Assembly (NCBI GenBank): GCA_963705085.1
Contig: CAVPIV010000004.1
Span: 181,028-245,027 of the forward strand
Origin: an uncultured Thermoleophilia bacterium
GTDB taxonomy: Bacteria > Actinomycetota > Thermoleophilia > UBA2241
DNA length: 64,000 nt
Direction of reading: 5' to 3'
Shown: positions 1-8,901 of the stretch, piece by piece
Layout of the letters: the number at the start of each line of letters is the position of its first letter
Position numbering within the stretch: the first letter of the stretch is position 1
Position numbers and translations under genes: made by a program
Notes under the pieces: generated by a model
Told to the model about the DNA's origin: nothing
The model's database searches: none
The model's input: only the letters and a program-made list of their open reading frames with translations

Positions 1-1
1 G

Positions 2-520
2 CTCAAGGGCCGGCTGGATGTGCTCGTCGACCCCGCGACGCTCGTCATCCCCGAGGTGCAGGAGCCCCTCGGCGACGACGAGCTCCGCGCCTTCGTCGCC
101 GAGCACCCCCTCAAGGTCGTGGCCGCGACCGTCGGCAACGACGAGCACTCCGTCGGCCTCTTCGAGGTCCTCGACATCAAGCACGGCGGCATCGAGACCT
201 GGGGCATCGAGCACGTCTACCTGGGCACCTCGGTCCCGGTCGAGAAGGTCCTGGACGCTGCCCTCGAGCACGCCGCCCAGGCGATCCTCATCAGCACGAT
301 CATCACCCACAACGAGATCCACCGCATCAACATGGAGAAGCTCGCCGACCTGGCCGTCGAGAAGGGCGTGCGCGACAAGCTCCTGCTCATCAGCGGCGGC
401 ACCCAGGTCACCGACGAGCTGGCCAGGGAGTGGGGCATGGACGCCGGCTTCGGCCGCGGCACCAAGGGGCGCGATGTGGCGTCGTTCATGGTGCGGGCGT
501 GGCGGGAACGAAACGGCTAG
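2..520 (+). CDS. oraE: D-ornithine 4,5-aminomutase E (beta) subunit, C-terminal cobalamin-binding domain (gene starts upstream of window)
   Basis: LKVVAATVGNDEHSVG (DxHxxG B12 motif), IKHGGIE, YLGTSVPVEK, GGTQVT and GFGRGTKG closely match clostridial OraE; frame is open from base 2. Confidence 0.9.
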   Translation, partial: LKGRLDVLVDPATLVIPEVQEPLGDDELRAFVAEHPLKVVAATVGNDEHSVGLFEVLDIKHGGIETWGIEHVYLGTSVPVEKVLDAALEHAAQAILISTIITHNEIHRINMEKLADLAVEKGVRDKLLLISGGTQVTDELAREWGMDAGFGRGTKGRDVASFMVRAWRERNG

Positions 521-623
521 AAACCACCATAACCGAGATCCGAGGACCACGAACAAGGGATGATGGCAGAGCGTGGCTGGATGGCTTTGCTCACCGCTGC
601 ACTTGCGCTTCAGTGGCTTCTGG

Positions 624-661
624 TGTTTCCCATACGCGAGGTGTTTCCCATGTGGGAAACA
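624..661. promoter_or_regulatory. Putative autoregulatory operator of the AbiEi-type antitoxin
   Basis: Perfect inverted repeat TGTTTCCCA-TG-TGGGAAACA (642-661) plus an extra half-site TGTTTCCCA (624-632) directly before the start codon. Confidence 0.6.
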
Positions 662-667
662 TAAGTC

Positions 668-1744
668 GTGGAGGAAACAGTGCAAGAGGTCGGACTTAAC
701 AGAGAGAGCCTTCAAGCGGCCCTGGAGCAGCTGTTCCCTCGCGGCGCCGTCGACGTCGGCCACTGCGGGGTGGCCGGCCGCTGGCGTTCTGACTGTGAGG
801 CGTCGGTAGGCCTCGGCGATCAGAGCCTCAGTCTCCTTGTCGAGTTCAAGCAGGTCGGCAGCGAGGCAAGGCTGAAAGAGGCTGCCGAGCTGATCCGCCG
901 GCGCCAGGACGAGTCTCCCAGCCGGCTCTTGATCCTCGCTTGCCCGTTCCTGAGCTCCTCTCGGCAGGAGCTCCTGCGTGAGAGCGGTGTGCCGTACTTC
1001 GATCTTGCCGGCAATGCCTGGATCGTCTCCGACGCCGTGCATGTCGACCGCCGCGGCTTCCCCAATCCTTTCTCAGAGCGGCGGCGAGCGCGAGATCCTT
1101 TCTCCGACAAGGCTTCGCTTGTGCTTCGCGCCCTGATTGCCCCGGGGCCAGGAAGAGGGGTGCGCAGCATCGCCGAGCAGGCAGACCTGAGCGCCGGCTA
1201 CGTCTCCAAGATCGTGCAGGAGCTCGAGGAGCGCGGCTACGTCGCCCGGCGCGAGGGAGGCCTCGCACTGCGGAACGGACAGGAGCTCCTGCGGGACTGG
1301 GTTCGCGCCTATCGCAGGCACTGGATCGAGAGAAGAGGCTACTTTCTGCCGGCGGCTCGTCCGCAGGCAGTCATGGATGCGATCCGCCAGGCCTCAATCA
1401 GCGTCGACTACGCTCTCTCCCTGCAGGCCGGGGCCAGTTTGGTCGCGCCCTACGCCGACTTCGATGTCGTCGACGTCTATGTTCATAGCATCGACGACGC
1501 GGTAGCACTTGCGGGCCAGCTCGAGGCTCGCGAGGTCGATCGAGGCGCCAACCTGCGCATCAGCGTGCCCTACTACCGCGTCTCCGCGTTCTTCGATAGA
1601 CAGGAGGCAGCTGGTCTGCCGGTCGTTTCGGACCTGCAGCTCTACCTCGACCTCTATGACTATCCCTTGCGGGGTCGCGAACAGGCTGAGCAGATCCTCG
1701 AGCGCCGCCTGATGCCAAAGCTCGAGGCAGCTGAGCACAAGTAG
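668..1744 (+). CDS. Type IV TA AbiEi-family antitoxin / HTH transcriptional regulator
   Basis: Central HTH (VRSIAEQADLSAGYVSKIVQELEERGYV); C-terminal VVSDLQLYLDLYDYPLRGREQAE typical of AbiEi_2 proteins; coupled to a downstream NTase. Confidence 0.7.
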   Translation: MEETVQEVGLNRESLQAALEQLFPRGAVDVGHCGVAGRWRSDCEASVGLGDQSLSLLVEFKQVGSEARLKEAAELIRRRQDESPSRLLILACPFLSSSRQELLRESGVPYFDLAGNAWIVSDAVHVDRRGFPNPFSERRRARDPFSDKASLVLRALIAPGPGRGVRSIAEQADLSAGYVSKIVQELEERGYVARREGGLALRNGQELLRDWVRAYRRHWIERRGYFLPAARPQAVMDAIRQASISVDYALSLQAGASLVAPYADFDVVDVYVHSIDDAVALAGQLEAREVDRGANLRISVPYYRVSAFFDRQEAAGLPVVSDLQLYLDLYDYPLRGREQAEQILERRLMPKLEAAEHK

Positions 1745-2575
1745 ATGTCTCTCGATCCAACACTGCTCGTGGGGCTGCGCGTCCTGCAGCCCTACCTCGA
1801 TGACATCGTCGTCGCCGGCGGCTGGGTGCCGTACCTCTACGCTGCGCACCAACCGCCATCGGATGAGGCGGTCGCGCTCAAGACGCGGGACCTCGACCTC
1901 GCCGTGCCTCGAGAGGTCCCCGAGCGAGAGAAGACGATCGACCAGCTGCTGGACGAGGCGGACTTCGCCTGCGAGTTCCGCTCGCGAGGGACTCCGCCGG
2001 TCACGGTCTATCTGGCGACGCATGCCGGTGACGAAGTGGAGATCGAGTTCATCACGACTGCGCAAGGTGCGGACCTGGGCGTGCACACCGTGCAAGGCGG
2101 CATGACCGCGCAGGAGCTTCGCTACGTCGACCTGTTGCTCGAGCACACCTGGCCCTTGCCGCTCGACGCCCTCAGCGCCGGGGAACTCGATGGGCGCATC
2201 TGGGTGCCGACACCGGCGGCCTTCGTCCTACAGAAAGCCCTTTCGCACACGTCGCGGACCGACGCGCTGAAGAAGGAGAAGGACCTCTACTACATCTTCT
2301 CTGTCATGGATGCGTTCCGCGGATGGCATCCCTGGGTTCGAGAGGAGCTGAAGGCGCTCGCCGCCGCCAGACGCCCTTGGTCCCGGCGCGCACTTCAGGA
2401 TCTTGAAGCTGCGTTTGAGACGCCTGGCGGTTCAGGTGCCGACGCGCTCTTGAACCAGCGGCCTGGCACGGCGTACTCGGGCCTCAACGACGAGCAGTTC
2501 CGCCAATACGCCTGGTCGGTGATGCACATGCTGCTCGAGATGATGAGGGAGGGTCAGGCCGCCGACGGCACGTAG
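1745..2575 (+). CDS. Nucleotidyltransferase-fold protein (GSU2403/AbiEii-like putative toxin)
   Basis: VVAGGW...TRDLDL (GG plus DxD, pol-beta NTase motifs), QKAL and KKEKDLYYI; starts 1 nt after the antitoxin stop. Confidence 0.7.
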   Translation: MSLDPTLLVGLRVLQPYLDDIVVAGGWVPYLYAAHQPPSDEAVALKTRDLDLAVPREVPEREKTIDQLLDEADFACEFRSRGTPPVTVYLATHAGDEVEIEFITTAQGADLGVHTVQGGMTAQELRYVDLLLEHTWPLPLDALSAGELDGRIWVPTPAAFVLQKALSHTSRTDALKKEKDLYYIFSVMDAFRGWHPWVREELKALAAARRPWSRRALQDLEAAFETPGGSGADALLNQRPGTAYSGLNDEQFRQYAWSVMHMLLEMMREGQAADGT

Positions 2576-2598
2576 CGCCGTGCCGATCTTCTTCTAGA

Positions 2599-3435
2599 CT
2601 AGATCCCGCGCCCGCGGACGTACTCGCTCACGTCCACGTTGAGCCGCAGGTCTTCGAGACGGAAGGTCGCCCACGGGCGCCCAGCGTCGATCCACGTCGC
2701 GCTGCCGACCGTGTTGGTGAGCACTCCGCCGAGCTCAGCCCATTCGTCGGCGTGGGTCAGCCACAGCGTCTTCTCGGCGCTCGCCGAGCCCTTGTAGCGC
2801 ATGGTCTCCGTCCAGGTGGGCAGGCCGCTCGCGGGATCGAAGCGCACAACGAAGCCCTGCTCCGTGTCCTTGAACGGCACCACCAGCAGGGCCGTCTCGG
2901 CGTCCAGCGGCTCCCAGCGCACACGCGGATCGGTCAGGAACAGCGCCGGGAACTGCCACGACTCGGCCCACATGCCCTGGTTCGCCGACCACTCCATCTT
3001 GGGGCCCGAGTCCGTGCCGACGATCGGGATCTCCGCCAGGCTCGCGCCGTCGATGTAGCGCTCGTTGATACGCAGGACGGGGATGCCGAACCAGCACACC
3101 TCGATGTAGTGACGGTAGTCCTGCCCGGCCACGTGCGTGAAGCGGTACCGGGCCGGCAGGTCCAGCGGCCCCGCCGGGCGAACGCGGGCGCGGCCGGTGA
3201 GGACGGCGCTGGTGACCACGGGTATCCGGTCCCCGTACACCGTGCGGTAGAAGCGCTCCACCGGGGCAGGCAGATCCGCGGGCAGGGCGATCGTCTCAAT
3301 CGAGGCGGGCTGCGCCTCCGGGTAGTCTGGGAAGGGGGAGGGCTCGATCTGGAATCCGAGCCAGCCGACGAACAGGACCAGCGCCAGCACGCCCGCCGTC
3401 CAGGCGATGATCGTCATAGCCTTCCTCGCTCTCAT
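2599..3435 (-). CDS. DUF6544-like membrane-anchored protein
   Basis: N-terminal TM helix, LPADLPAPVERFYRTVYG, ESWQFPA and VRWEPLD; divergent from TetR. Confidence 0.6.
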   Translation of the reverse strand: MRARKAMTIIAWTAGVLALVLFVGWLGFQIEPSPFPDYPEAQPASIETIALPADLPAPVERFYRTVYGDRIPVVTSAVLTGRARVRPAGPLDLPARYRFTHVAGQDYRHYIEVCWFGIPVLRINERYIDGASLAEIPIVGTDSGPKMEWSANQGMWAESWQFPALFLTDPRVRWEPLDAETALLVVPFKDTEQGFVVRFDPASGLPTWTETMRYKGSASAEKTLWLTHADEWAELGGVLTNTVGSATWIDAGRPWATFRLEDLRLNVDVSEYVRGRGI

Positions 3436-3485
3436 GAGAACCATCCCTCCATCCACCCGGGTGGGGCTTGACGCCCGACCCTTGC

Positions 3486-3513
3486 TGCATCTAGTATGCA
3501 AGCAAGTACTTGC
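3486..3513. promoter_or_regulatory. Palindromic TetR operator region in divergent promoter
   Basis: TGCAT-N5-ATGCA (3486-3500) and perfect 12-bp palindrome GCAAGTACTTGC (3502-3513). Confidence 0.5.
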
Positions 3514-3543
3514 AAACGTCAAGTCAAGGCAAGCGAGGACCGG

Positions 3544-4161
3544 ATGTCGGCAGTGGAGAGGGAGACGAGGCAGTCCATCCTGGACGCCGCGGCCGAGCTC
3601 ATGGGCGAGCGGGGCTACCGGGCGACAACCACGCGAGCGATCGCCGAGCGCGCCGGCGTGAACGAAGTCACGATCTTCAGGCAGTTCGGCAACAAGAAGG
3701 GGCTCCTGCAGGCGCTCGTGGAGGATTGGGCCACGACCATGGCGGGGTTCGCCGTCGCCGAGATCTCAGCCCCCGAAGACACACGCGGCACCCTCGAGTC
3801 GCTCGCGGCGATGGAGGTCCGGCAGGCGCGGCAGTTCGGTGCGCCGGCCATGCGGCTCGCGTTCGACGCCCGGTCGGAGCCCGACGTGATGGAGGTCATG
3901 GGCGCCGGACCTGCCGGCAACCTCGAGGGGCTCGCCGACTACCTGGCCGCGCGGCAGGAGGCCGGCGACCTGCGCACGGACCTCGACCCGCGCGTCATGG
4001 CCGAGGCGTTCTTCGCCCTCACCTCGACGTTCGTGATGTCGCGGCTGCTGCTCGGCGAGCGCCTGGCCGGCGTCGGGCCGCAGATGGACGAGGCCGCGCG
4101 CCAGATGCTCGAGGTCTACCTGACGGGCGTGGGGCTGAAGAGAGAGCGCGAAGCGACGTAG
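3544..4161 (+). CDS. TetR/AcrR family regulator
   Basis: ILDAAAELMGERGYRATTTRAIAERAGVNEVTIFRQFGNK TetR HTH. Confidence 0.9.
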   Translation: MSAVERETRQSILDAAAELMGERGYRATTTRAIAERAGVNEVTIFRQFGNKKGLLQALVEDWATTMAGFAVAEISAPEDTRGTLESLAAMEVRQARQFGAPAMRLAFDARSEPDVMEVMGAGPAGNLEGLADYLAARQEAGDLRTDLDPRVMAEAFFALTSTFVMSRLLLGERLAGVGPQMDEAARQMLEVYLTGVGLKREREAT

Positions 4162-4167
4162 GCTTCG

Positions 4168-4239
4168 ACGATGCCGTCTAACGCCTGGTCGGCCCTCAAC
4201 GACGCCGCCGAGGTCGCCGAGCAGATCACCTCGGCGGTG
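4168..4239 (+). pseudogene. 72-nt sliver of a SIMPL-domain gene
   Basis: TMPSNAWSALNDAAEVAEQITSAV aligns without gaps to 8362-8433 (TMSADAKSALDDAAKIAGQITSAV), about 80% nt identity by manual count. Confidence 0.75.
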
Positions 4240-4277
4240 CGGCCCGGATCCGTCCAGTTCGAGGCCTGACGTCACCC

Positions 4278-4306
4278 TTGCCAAGCGTCACGTGACACGT
4301 TACACT
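4278..4306 (+). promoter_or_regulatory. higBA promoter with palindromic operator
   Basis: TTGCCA-17-TACACT with palindrome GTCACGTGAC (4287-4296) in the spacer. Confidence 0.65.
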
Positions 4307-4313
4307 GCCGCCT

Positions 4314-4595
4314 GTGATCAAGACGTTCGCGGACAAGCGCACGCAGGAGCTCTACCTCACGGGTAGGGCCAAGCGCTTTCCGCCCGACGTTGCTCGCCGC
4401 GCCGCTCGCAAACTCGAGTACATCGACTTGGCGAGTCGGCTCGACGATCTCAAGGTTCCGCCGGGGAACCGGCTGCATGCGCTCGAGCGGGAGCGCGAGG
4501 GACAACACGCGATCTCGGTGAACGACCAGTGGCGCATCTGTTTCCGCTTCCAGGACGGTGACGCCTATGACGTCGAGATCACTGACTATCACTAG
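4314..4595 (+). CDS. higB: HigB (RelE/ParE family) toxin
   Basis: MIKTFADK, PPGNRLHAL, GQHAISVNDQWRICFRF and VEITDYH. Confidence 0.92.
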   Translation: MIKTFADKRTQELYLTGRAKRFPPDVARRAARKLEYIDLASRLDDLKVPPGNRLHALEREREGQHAISVNDQWRICFRFQDGDAYDVEITDYH

Positions 4596-4609
4596 AGGTG
4601 AGGTGCACC

Positions 4610-4924
4610 ATGAGCATTGCCAACAGGAGCGAGATGCGACGCCGGCCGACCCATCCAGGAGAGATGTTGCGCGAGGACTTCCTGGTCGACTACGGGCTCA
4701 CCGTCGCGACGCTGGCCGAGGCGCTCGGCGTCTCTCGCCAGACAGTGAACGAGCTGTTGCGCGAGCGGCGTGCCGTGAGTCCGGAGATGGCCCTGCGGTT
4801 GTCGCGCCTCTTCGGCAACTCGCCGGAGTTCTGGCTGAACGCGCAGCGCGCCGTGGATCTCTGGGACGCGGCGCGATCGATCAAGGCAGAGGTCGACAGG
4901 ATCAAGCCACTCAGTGCCGCCTAG
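4610..4924 (+). CDS. higA: HigA antitoxin (XRE HTH)
   Basis: PTHPGEMLREDFL, ALRLSRLFGNSPEFWLNAQ; downstream of higB. Confidence 0.92.
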   Translation: MSIANRSEMRRRPTHPGEMLREDFLVDYGLTVATLAEALGVSRQTVNELLRERRAVSPEMALRLSRLFGNSPEFWLNAQRAVDLWDAARSIKAEVDRIKPLSAA

Positions 4925-4928
4925 GAGC

Positions 4929-5393
4929 CTAGTACTCGCCCTTGATCACGAAGAACGAGCCCCGGATCGTCCCCGCCAGCTTGGACTTCTGCGTGGCGAA
5001 CTTGAACTTGCCCGCGAGCTCCGCGGGCACCTCCATCCCTTCTGAGAGCTTGAAGCCGACCGCGCGCTTCTTGGGATCGTCGATCGCGTACACGAAGTTG
5101 ACCTCGAGGCCATCCTCGTAAAACACGTGGGCGGCCCTGATGCCGTCCACTTCGAACTGTGACGTCTCCAGGGGCCTGGCGGCGAACTCGATGCCGCGCT
5201 CCTCTTTGAGGATGCGGTTCACGTAGGCGAGCGTGTCCTGGCTCTCGTCTGCCGGCACGACTGTGAACTGATGCTTGTACTTGTTCATGTAGTAGCGCGC
5301 CTCGTTGGCACGCAGACCGGCGAGCGCGGCTGCCACGGGCGAAGACTCCAGCCCCGCCGTCGACACGTTCACGAAATCGACCACCTCAGGCAT
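4929..5393 (-). CDS. Conserved hypothetical protein
   Basis: 154-aa ORF with RBS (GAAGGAGG); ALAGLRANEARYY...KRAVGFKLSEG...KSKLAGTIRGSFFVIKGEY recalled as a conserved family of unknown function. Confidence 0.65.
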   Translation of the reverse strand: MPEVVDFVNVSTAGLESSPVAAALAGLRANEARYYMNKYKHQFTVVPADESQDTLAYVNRILKEERGIEFAARPLETSQFEVDGIRAAHVFYEDGLEVNFVYAIDDPKKRAVGFKLSEGMEVPAELAGKFKFATQKSKLAGTIRGSFFVIKGEY

Positions 5394-5510
5394 CGTCGTG
5401 CCTCCTTCGTCCGGTGAGCGGAGGTGCTTGGCGTCAAGATACCCGCCTGGCCGCCTGGCGGCATCACGACGGCCGCGCCGAACAGGCGGGTGGCGCCGGA
5501 GCGCGTCCGG

Positions 5511-5729
5511 GCGGTGCTCAGCGTCACGATCCTCACTCACAACGAGATCTACCGCACCGAGATGGAGAGGCCCGCCGACCCGGGTACGGCGATGGGCGTG
5601 CGCGACGATCTCCTGCTTGACAGTGGTGGCACCCAGGTGACCAACGGGCCGGCGAGGGCGTGGGGGATAGACTCCGGCTTCGGTCGCGGCGCCGAGGGCC
5701 GCGACGGGGCGTCGTTCCTCGTGCGCGCG
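5511..5729 (+). pseudogene. Decayed copy of the oraE 3' end
   Basis: Gap-free alignment to 281-499, about 79% nt identity (46/219 mismatches, manual); several L-to-P changes; no start codon or rest of gene. Confidence 0.88.
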
Positions 5730-5975
5730 CTGCGCCTCAGGCCCGGTGCCGAAGGCACCCCGTGCCATGATGGGTGCAGCGGTGGAGAGACCCAGCAAGC
5801 GCATCAGCAGAGCGCCACAAAGGGTAGACTGACCCGGAAGCGGATGCGCGCGCTCATCCGTACGATGTTATGTTCGCAGCAAGGCTTGCAGGTTCTGCGC
5901 CGAGCGTTGGACGGCTATTGTCACAGGCTGAATGGGATTCATCATTTGATCTGGTTGTTCTTGAGAGCGTGAACC

Positions 5976-6398
5976 ATGCAGAACTTACTTAGAATGTTTG
6001 AGCGCGTTGTGATCGGTTCTCTCGTTTTTATGATGATGATTGTTGTTCTTCTTGCGACGTTGGAATTGGGATGGTTAATAGTAATTGACGTTATAACCGA
6101 TCCAATTGTACTGCTTGAAATTGATGAACTACTTGATATATTCGGATTCTTCTTGCTGGTTCTTATTGGTATTGAGTTACTTGATACAATAAGGTCATAT
6201 TTGTCTCAACATATAGTACACGTTGAGATTGTGATTGAGGTGGCAATGATTGCGGTTGCCCGTAAAGTGATTATCTTGGACGTCAAAGATTTATCTGGTG
6301 TGACGTTGGTTGGGATAGCTGCGATTATCGTTGCTCTGACGGCGGCGTATTTCACTCTTAGACGTTACCGTGGCTGGCGTTCCGACAATCAAGCGTGA
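5976..6398 (+). CDS. Phosphate-starvation-inducible PsiE-family membrane protein, AT-rich
   Basis: LLVLIGIELLDTI and VAMIAVARKVIILD; four TM segments; GC 35-43% in sampled lines. Confidence 0.8.
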   Translation: MQNLLRMFERVVIGSLVFMMMIVVLLATLELGWLIVIDVITDPIVLLEIDELLDIFGFFLLVLIGIELLDTIRSYLSQHIVHVEIVIEVAMIAVARKVIILDVKDLSGVTLVGIAAIIVALTAAYFTLRRYRGWRSDNQA

Positions 6399-6501
6399 TC
6401 ATGAGCGATGTTCGGCGATGCCGAGACCGCGAGGGTCTTCGAAAGGCGCTTCTCTACACGCCCGCCGAACGAGCGTGGGGGCCAGTTGCAGCCCGCGTGC
6501 G

Positions 6502-6645
6502 AACGACCAGTGGCGTAACTGCTTCGTATGGCTAGACTCTCTCCCGTCCACCCCGGCGAGGTGCTGCTCGAGGAGTTACTCAAGCCCCTCGGCCTGAGCC
6601 AGAACCGCCTCGCGCTGGCGATCGGCGTCCATCCTCGCCGCATCA
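6502..6645 (+). pseudogene. Remnant of a second higBA locus
   Basis: [10 protein letters not shown] (HigB C-terminus) fused to [39 protein letters not shown] (HigA N-terminus), then similarity is lost. Confidence 0.8.
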
Positions 6646-6770
6646 GAGACATAGGAGCACACCGTACGCGCCGAAAGGCCGATCCATCCTTCAAGGCTCC
6701 GCGCAGGTTATGCGCACGACGTCAGATCGCCGAAGGAACCCAGCCCAGGAGCCTGCGACTCACGGACGCG

Positions 6771-6848
6771 AAGATCTCGACCACGGGAGTGATCATCGCC
6801 ACCTACGAGCCCGCCGGGCCGCTCGAGGTCGGCACGATCGGCGCCTAG
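6771..6848 (+). pseudogene. C-terminal sliver resembling a dihydrofolate-reductase/RibD-C family gene
   Basis: [16 protein letters not shown]...stop resembles the conserved last strand of that family; no upstream part present. Confidence 0.4.
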
Positions 6849-6887
6849 AGCGGTATCTCAACGGACGGGCCCCGAGGAAGAGGCGGC

Positions 6888-8030
6888 TCACGGAGCCACG
6901 ATCCGGTACACGGCGCCTTCCAGTGACGTCATGTAGAGCTCACCGCGGCCGTCTTCTCCGAAGGACGAGATGCGCTCGATCCGACGGTCTGCTCCCTCGA
7001 GCAGTCGTGGCTCGCCATCCGGCCCTCGCATCGCCCAGACGTGACCGCTGACGAAATCCGCGTAGAGGTAGTGCCCCCGGAGGGCGGGGATGGCGGTTCC
7101 GCGGTAGACGTACCCGCCCGTGATCGATTCGCCCATATCGTGCCCGTACTCGGCAACGGGCCACACGAGCTCGTCGCGGTCGAGCCGCCGCGCTGTGGCG
7201 GCGTCGTACTCTTGGGAGCCCTCGTAGCCGCGCCAGCCGAGGTTCGCTCCCGGCGGCGTTTCGGGCGGGAGGTAGTTCACCTCTTCGCGCTCGTTCTGGC
7301 CGACGTCGGCGATCCACAGCCCCCCTTCCTTGCGGTCGAAGGAGAAGCGCCAGGGGTTCCGCACTCCTACGGCGTAGATCTCCGGATCGGCTCCGCCGGC
7401 CACATTGAGACGCAGGATCTTCCCAAGCAGACTGCCCGGGTTCTGCGCTCGCCCCTCCGGGTCGCCGGCGCCGCCACCGTCTCCCATGCCCACGTACAGG
7501 AGGCCGTCTGGGCCGAACTGCAACTGTCCGCCGTTGTGATTCTGGTACGGCTGGGGCACAGAGAGGAGATCGACGCGGCTACTCACGTCGGCACGGTCCG
7601 GGTCGTCATCGCGGACTGAGAACTCCGACACCTTCGTCGTCCCCTCCTCGTCGGTGAAGTTGACGTAGAACCTGCCCGAGCGCGGGAAGTCCGGATCGAA
7701 GACGAGCGAAAGCAGCCCCTGCTCGGAGCCACTTGACACGGAATCCGAGAGGTCGAGGAATGGCTCGGCGAGCACGTCGTCCTTCACGACGCGAATCAGG
7801 CCGCCCTTCTCGACGACGAAGAGACGGGACGTGTCGCCGGGCGGCGCCGTGACGTACAGGGGCTCTGAGAAGGCGCCCGGGATGCGCTCGAGGGCGACGA
7901 CGGGTGCAGAAGAGGAGGGGGAGGGTGGGGAGGACGACGCCTTCCCAGGCGGTTCCGCGGCGCCGCCGCAGCTTGCCGACGCGAGCACGGCAGCAACGAG
8001 TATCGCCACTATCAACCAGCGGAGCCGCAT
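6888..8030 (-). CDS. PQQ-dependent sugar (glucose/sorbosone) dehydrogenase family lipoprotein
   Basis: Signal peptide with LASASC lipobox; EQGLLSLVFDPDF, NHNGGQLQFGPDG, GVRNPWRFSFD and SITGGYVYRG. Confidence 0.88.
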   Translation of the reverse strand: MRLRWLIVAILVAAVLASASCGGAAEPPGKASSSPPSPSSSAPVVALERIPGAFSEPLYVTAPPGDTSRLFVVEKGGLIRVVKDDVLAEPFLDLSDSVSSGSEQGLLSLVFDPDFPRSGRFYVNFTDEEGTTKVSEFSVRDDDPDRADVSSRVDLLSVPQPYQNHNGGQLQFGPDGLLYVGMGDGGGAGDPEGRAQNPGSLLGKILRLNVAGGADPEIYAVGVRNPWRFSFDRKEGGLWIADVGQNEREEVNYLPPETPPGANLGWRGYEGSQEYDAATARRLDRDELVWPVAEYGHDMGESITGGYVYRGTAIPALRGHYLYADFVSGHVWAMRGPDGEPRLLEGADRRIERISSFGEDGRGELYMTSLEGAVYRIVAP

Positions 8031-8172
8031 GATGGCACGGTTCCGCATGCTGCGGCAGCGGTAAACGTCGCGCGCATCCCCGTGAACTAATGTCTTCACA
8101 CGTGCGTCCTCACAGGTACTGACACGGCGACGCAGCCGTCTCCGGCGCGCGCACTTCTCAAGGGGGATCGCG

Positions 8173-8901
8173 ATGGCTTTCGGGAACAGGTACGCAACTG
8201 CCGCACTGCTCGCGGCTCTCTCGCTGGCGCTCATTGCGCTTGCCGGCTGCTCGAGTTCCGGCGCCACCTCGGAAGGCGCCCCCGCCAACACGGTGACCGC
8301 CTCCGGCAGCGGCACCGCGCAGGCCGCGCCGGACACCGCCGAGATGTCCTTCGGCGTGACCACGATGTCGGCCGACGCCAAGTCGGCGCTCGACGACGCC
8401 GCCAAGATCGCTGGGCAGATCACCTCGGCCGTCAAGAAGCAGGGCATCGCCGACGAGGACATCCAGACGCGCGACGTCAGCGTGTACCCGCAGACGACCG
8501 ACCAGAACGGCAAGCAGGTCATCACCGGCTACCAGGCGTCGCTCAGCGTGCAGGTCAAGGTGCGCGACATCGCCAAGCTCGGCGAGGTCATCTCGGCTGC
8601 CAACGACGCCGGCGCCAACACCATCAGCGGGCCCTCGTTCACGATCGCCGATCCGGCGCCCGTCCGCGCCGAGGCCATCGACGAGGCTGTGGCGGACGCC
8701 CGCACGAGCGCCGAGGCGATGGCGCAAGGCCGCCGGCAAGAGCGTCGGCGAGGTGCTGAGCCTGAGCTCGAGCGACGTCGGTATGGTCGGCCCGATGTAC
8801 AGGTCAGCCGACATCGCCGAGGCGGCCAAGGCGCCGTGCCCATCGAGCCGGGTCAGCTCGACATCACCGCGACTGTGGTCGTGGTCTTCGAGCTCAAGTA
8901 G
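8173..8901 (+). CDS. SIMPL (DUF541) lipoprotein with two compensating frameshifts near 8725 and 8833
   Basis: LAGC lipobox, GYQASLSVQV, AGANTISGPSF and PIEPGQLDITATVVVVFELK; the expected AKAAGKSVGEVLSLS segment is in another frame. Confidence 0.8.
   Translation: MAFGNRYATAALLAALSLALIALAGCSSSGATSEGAPANTVTASGSGTAQAAPDTAEMSFGVTTMSADAKSALDDAAKIAGQITSAVKKQGIADEDIQTRDVSVYPQTTDQNGKQVITGYQASLSVQVKVRDIAKLGEVISAANDAGANTISGPSFTIADPAPVRAEAIDEAVADARTSAEAMAQGRRQERRRGAEPELERRRYGRPDVQVSRHRRGGQGAVPIEPGQLDITATVVVVFELK

Noticed and set aside
4176-4270. GTCTAAC matching the attC R'' consensus
   Set aside because: It lies within the SIMPL sliver alignment and has no complementary GTTAGAC downstream.
4929-5393. 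Family I recall being labelled 'phage tail protein'
   Set aside because: No other phage genes, integrase or att pair nearby, and no tail motifs recognisable; treated as hypothetical.
6405-6475. GTTCGGCG / CGCCGAAC inverted repeat after the PsiE gene as attC
   Set aside because: The boxes are in the wrong order for attC and L boxes are missing.
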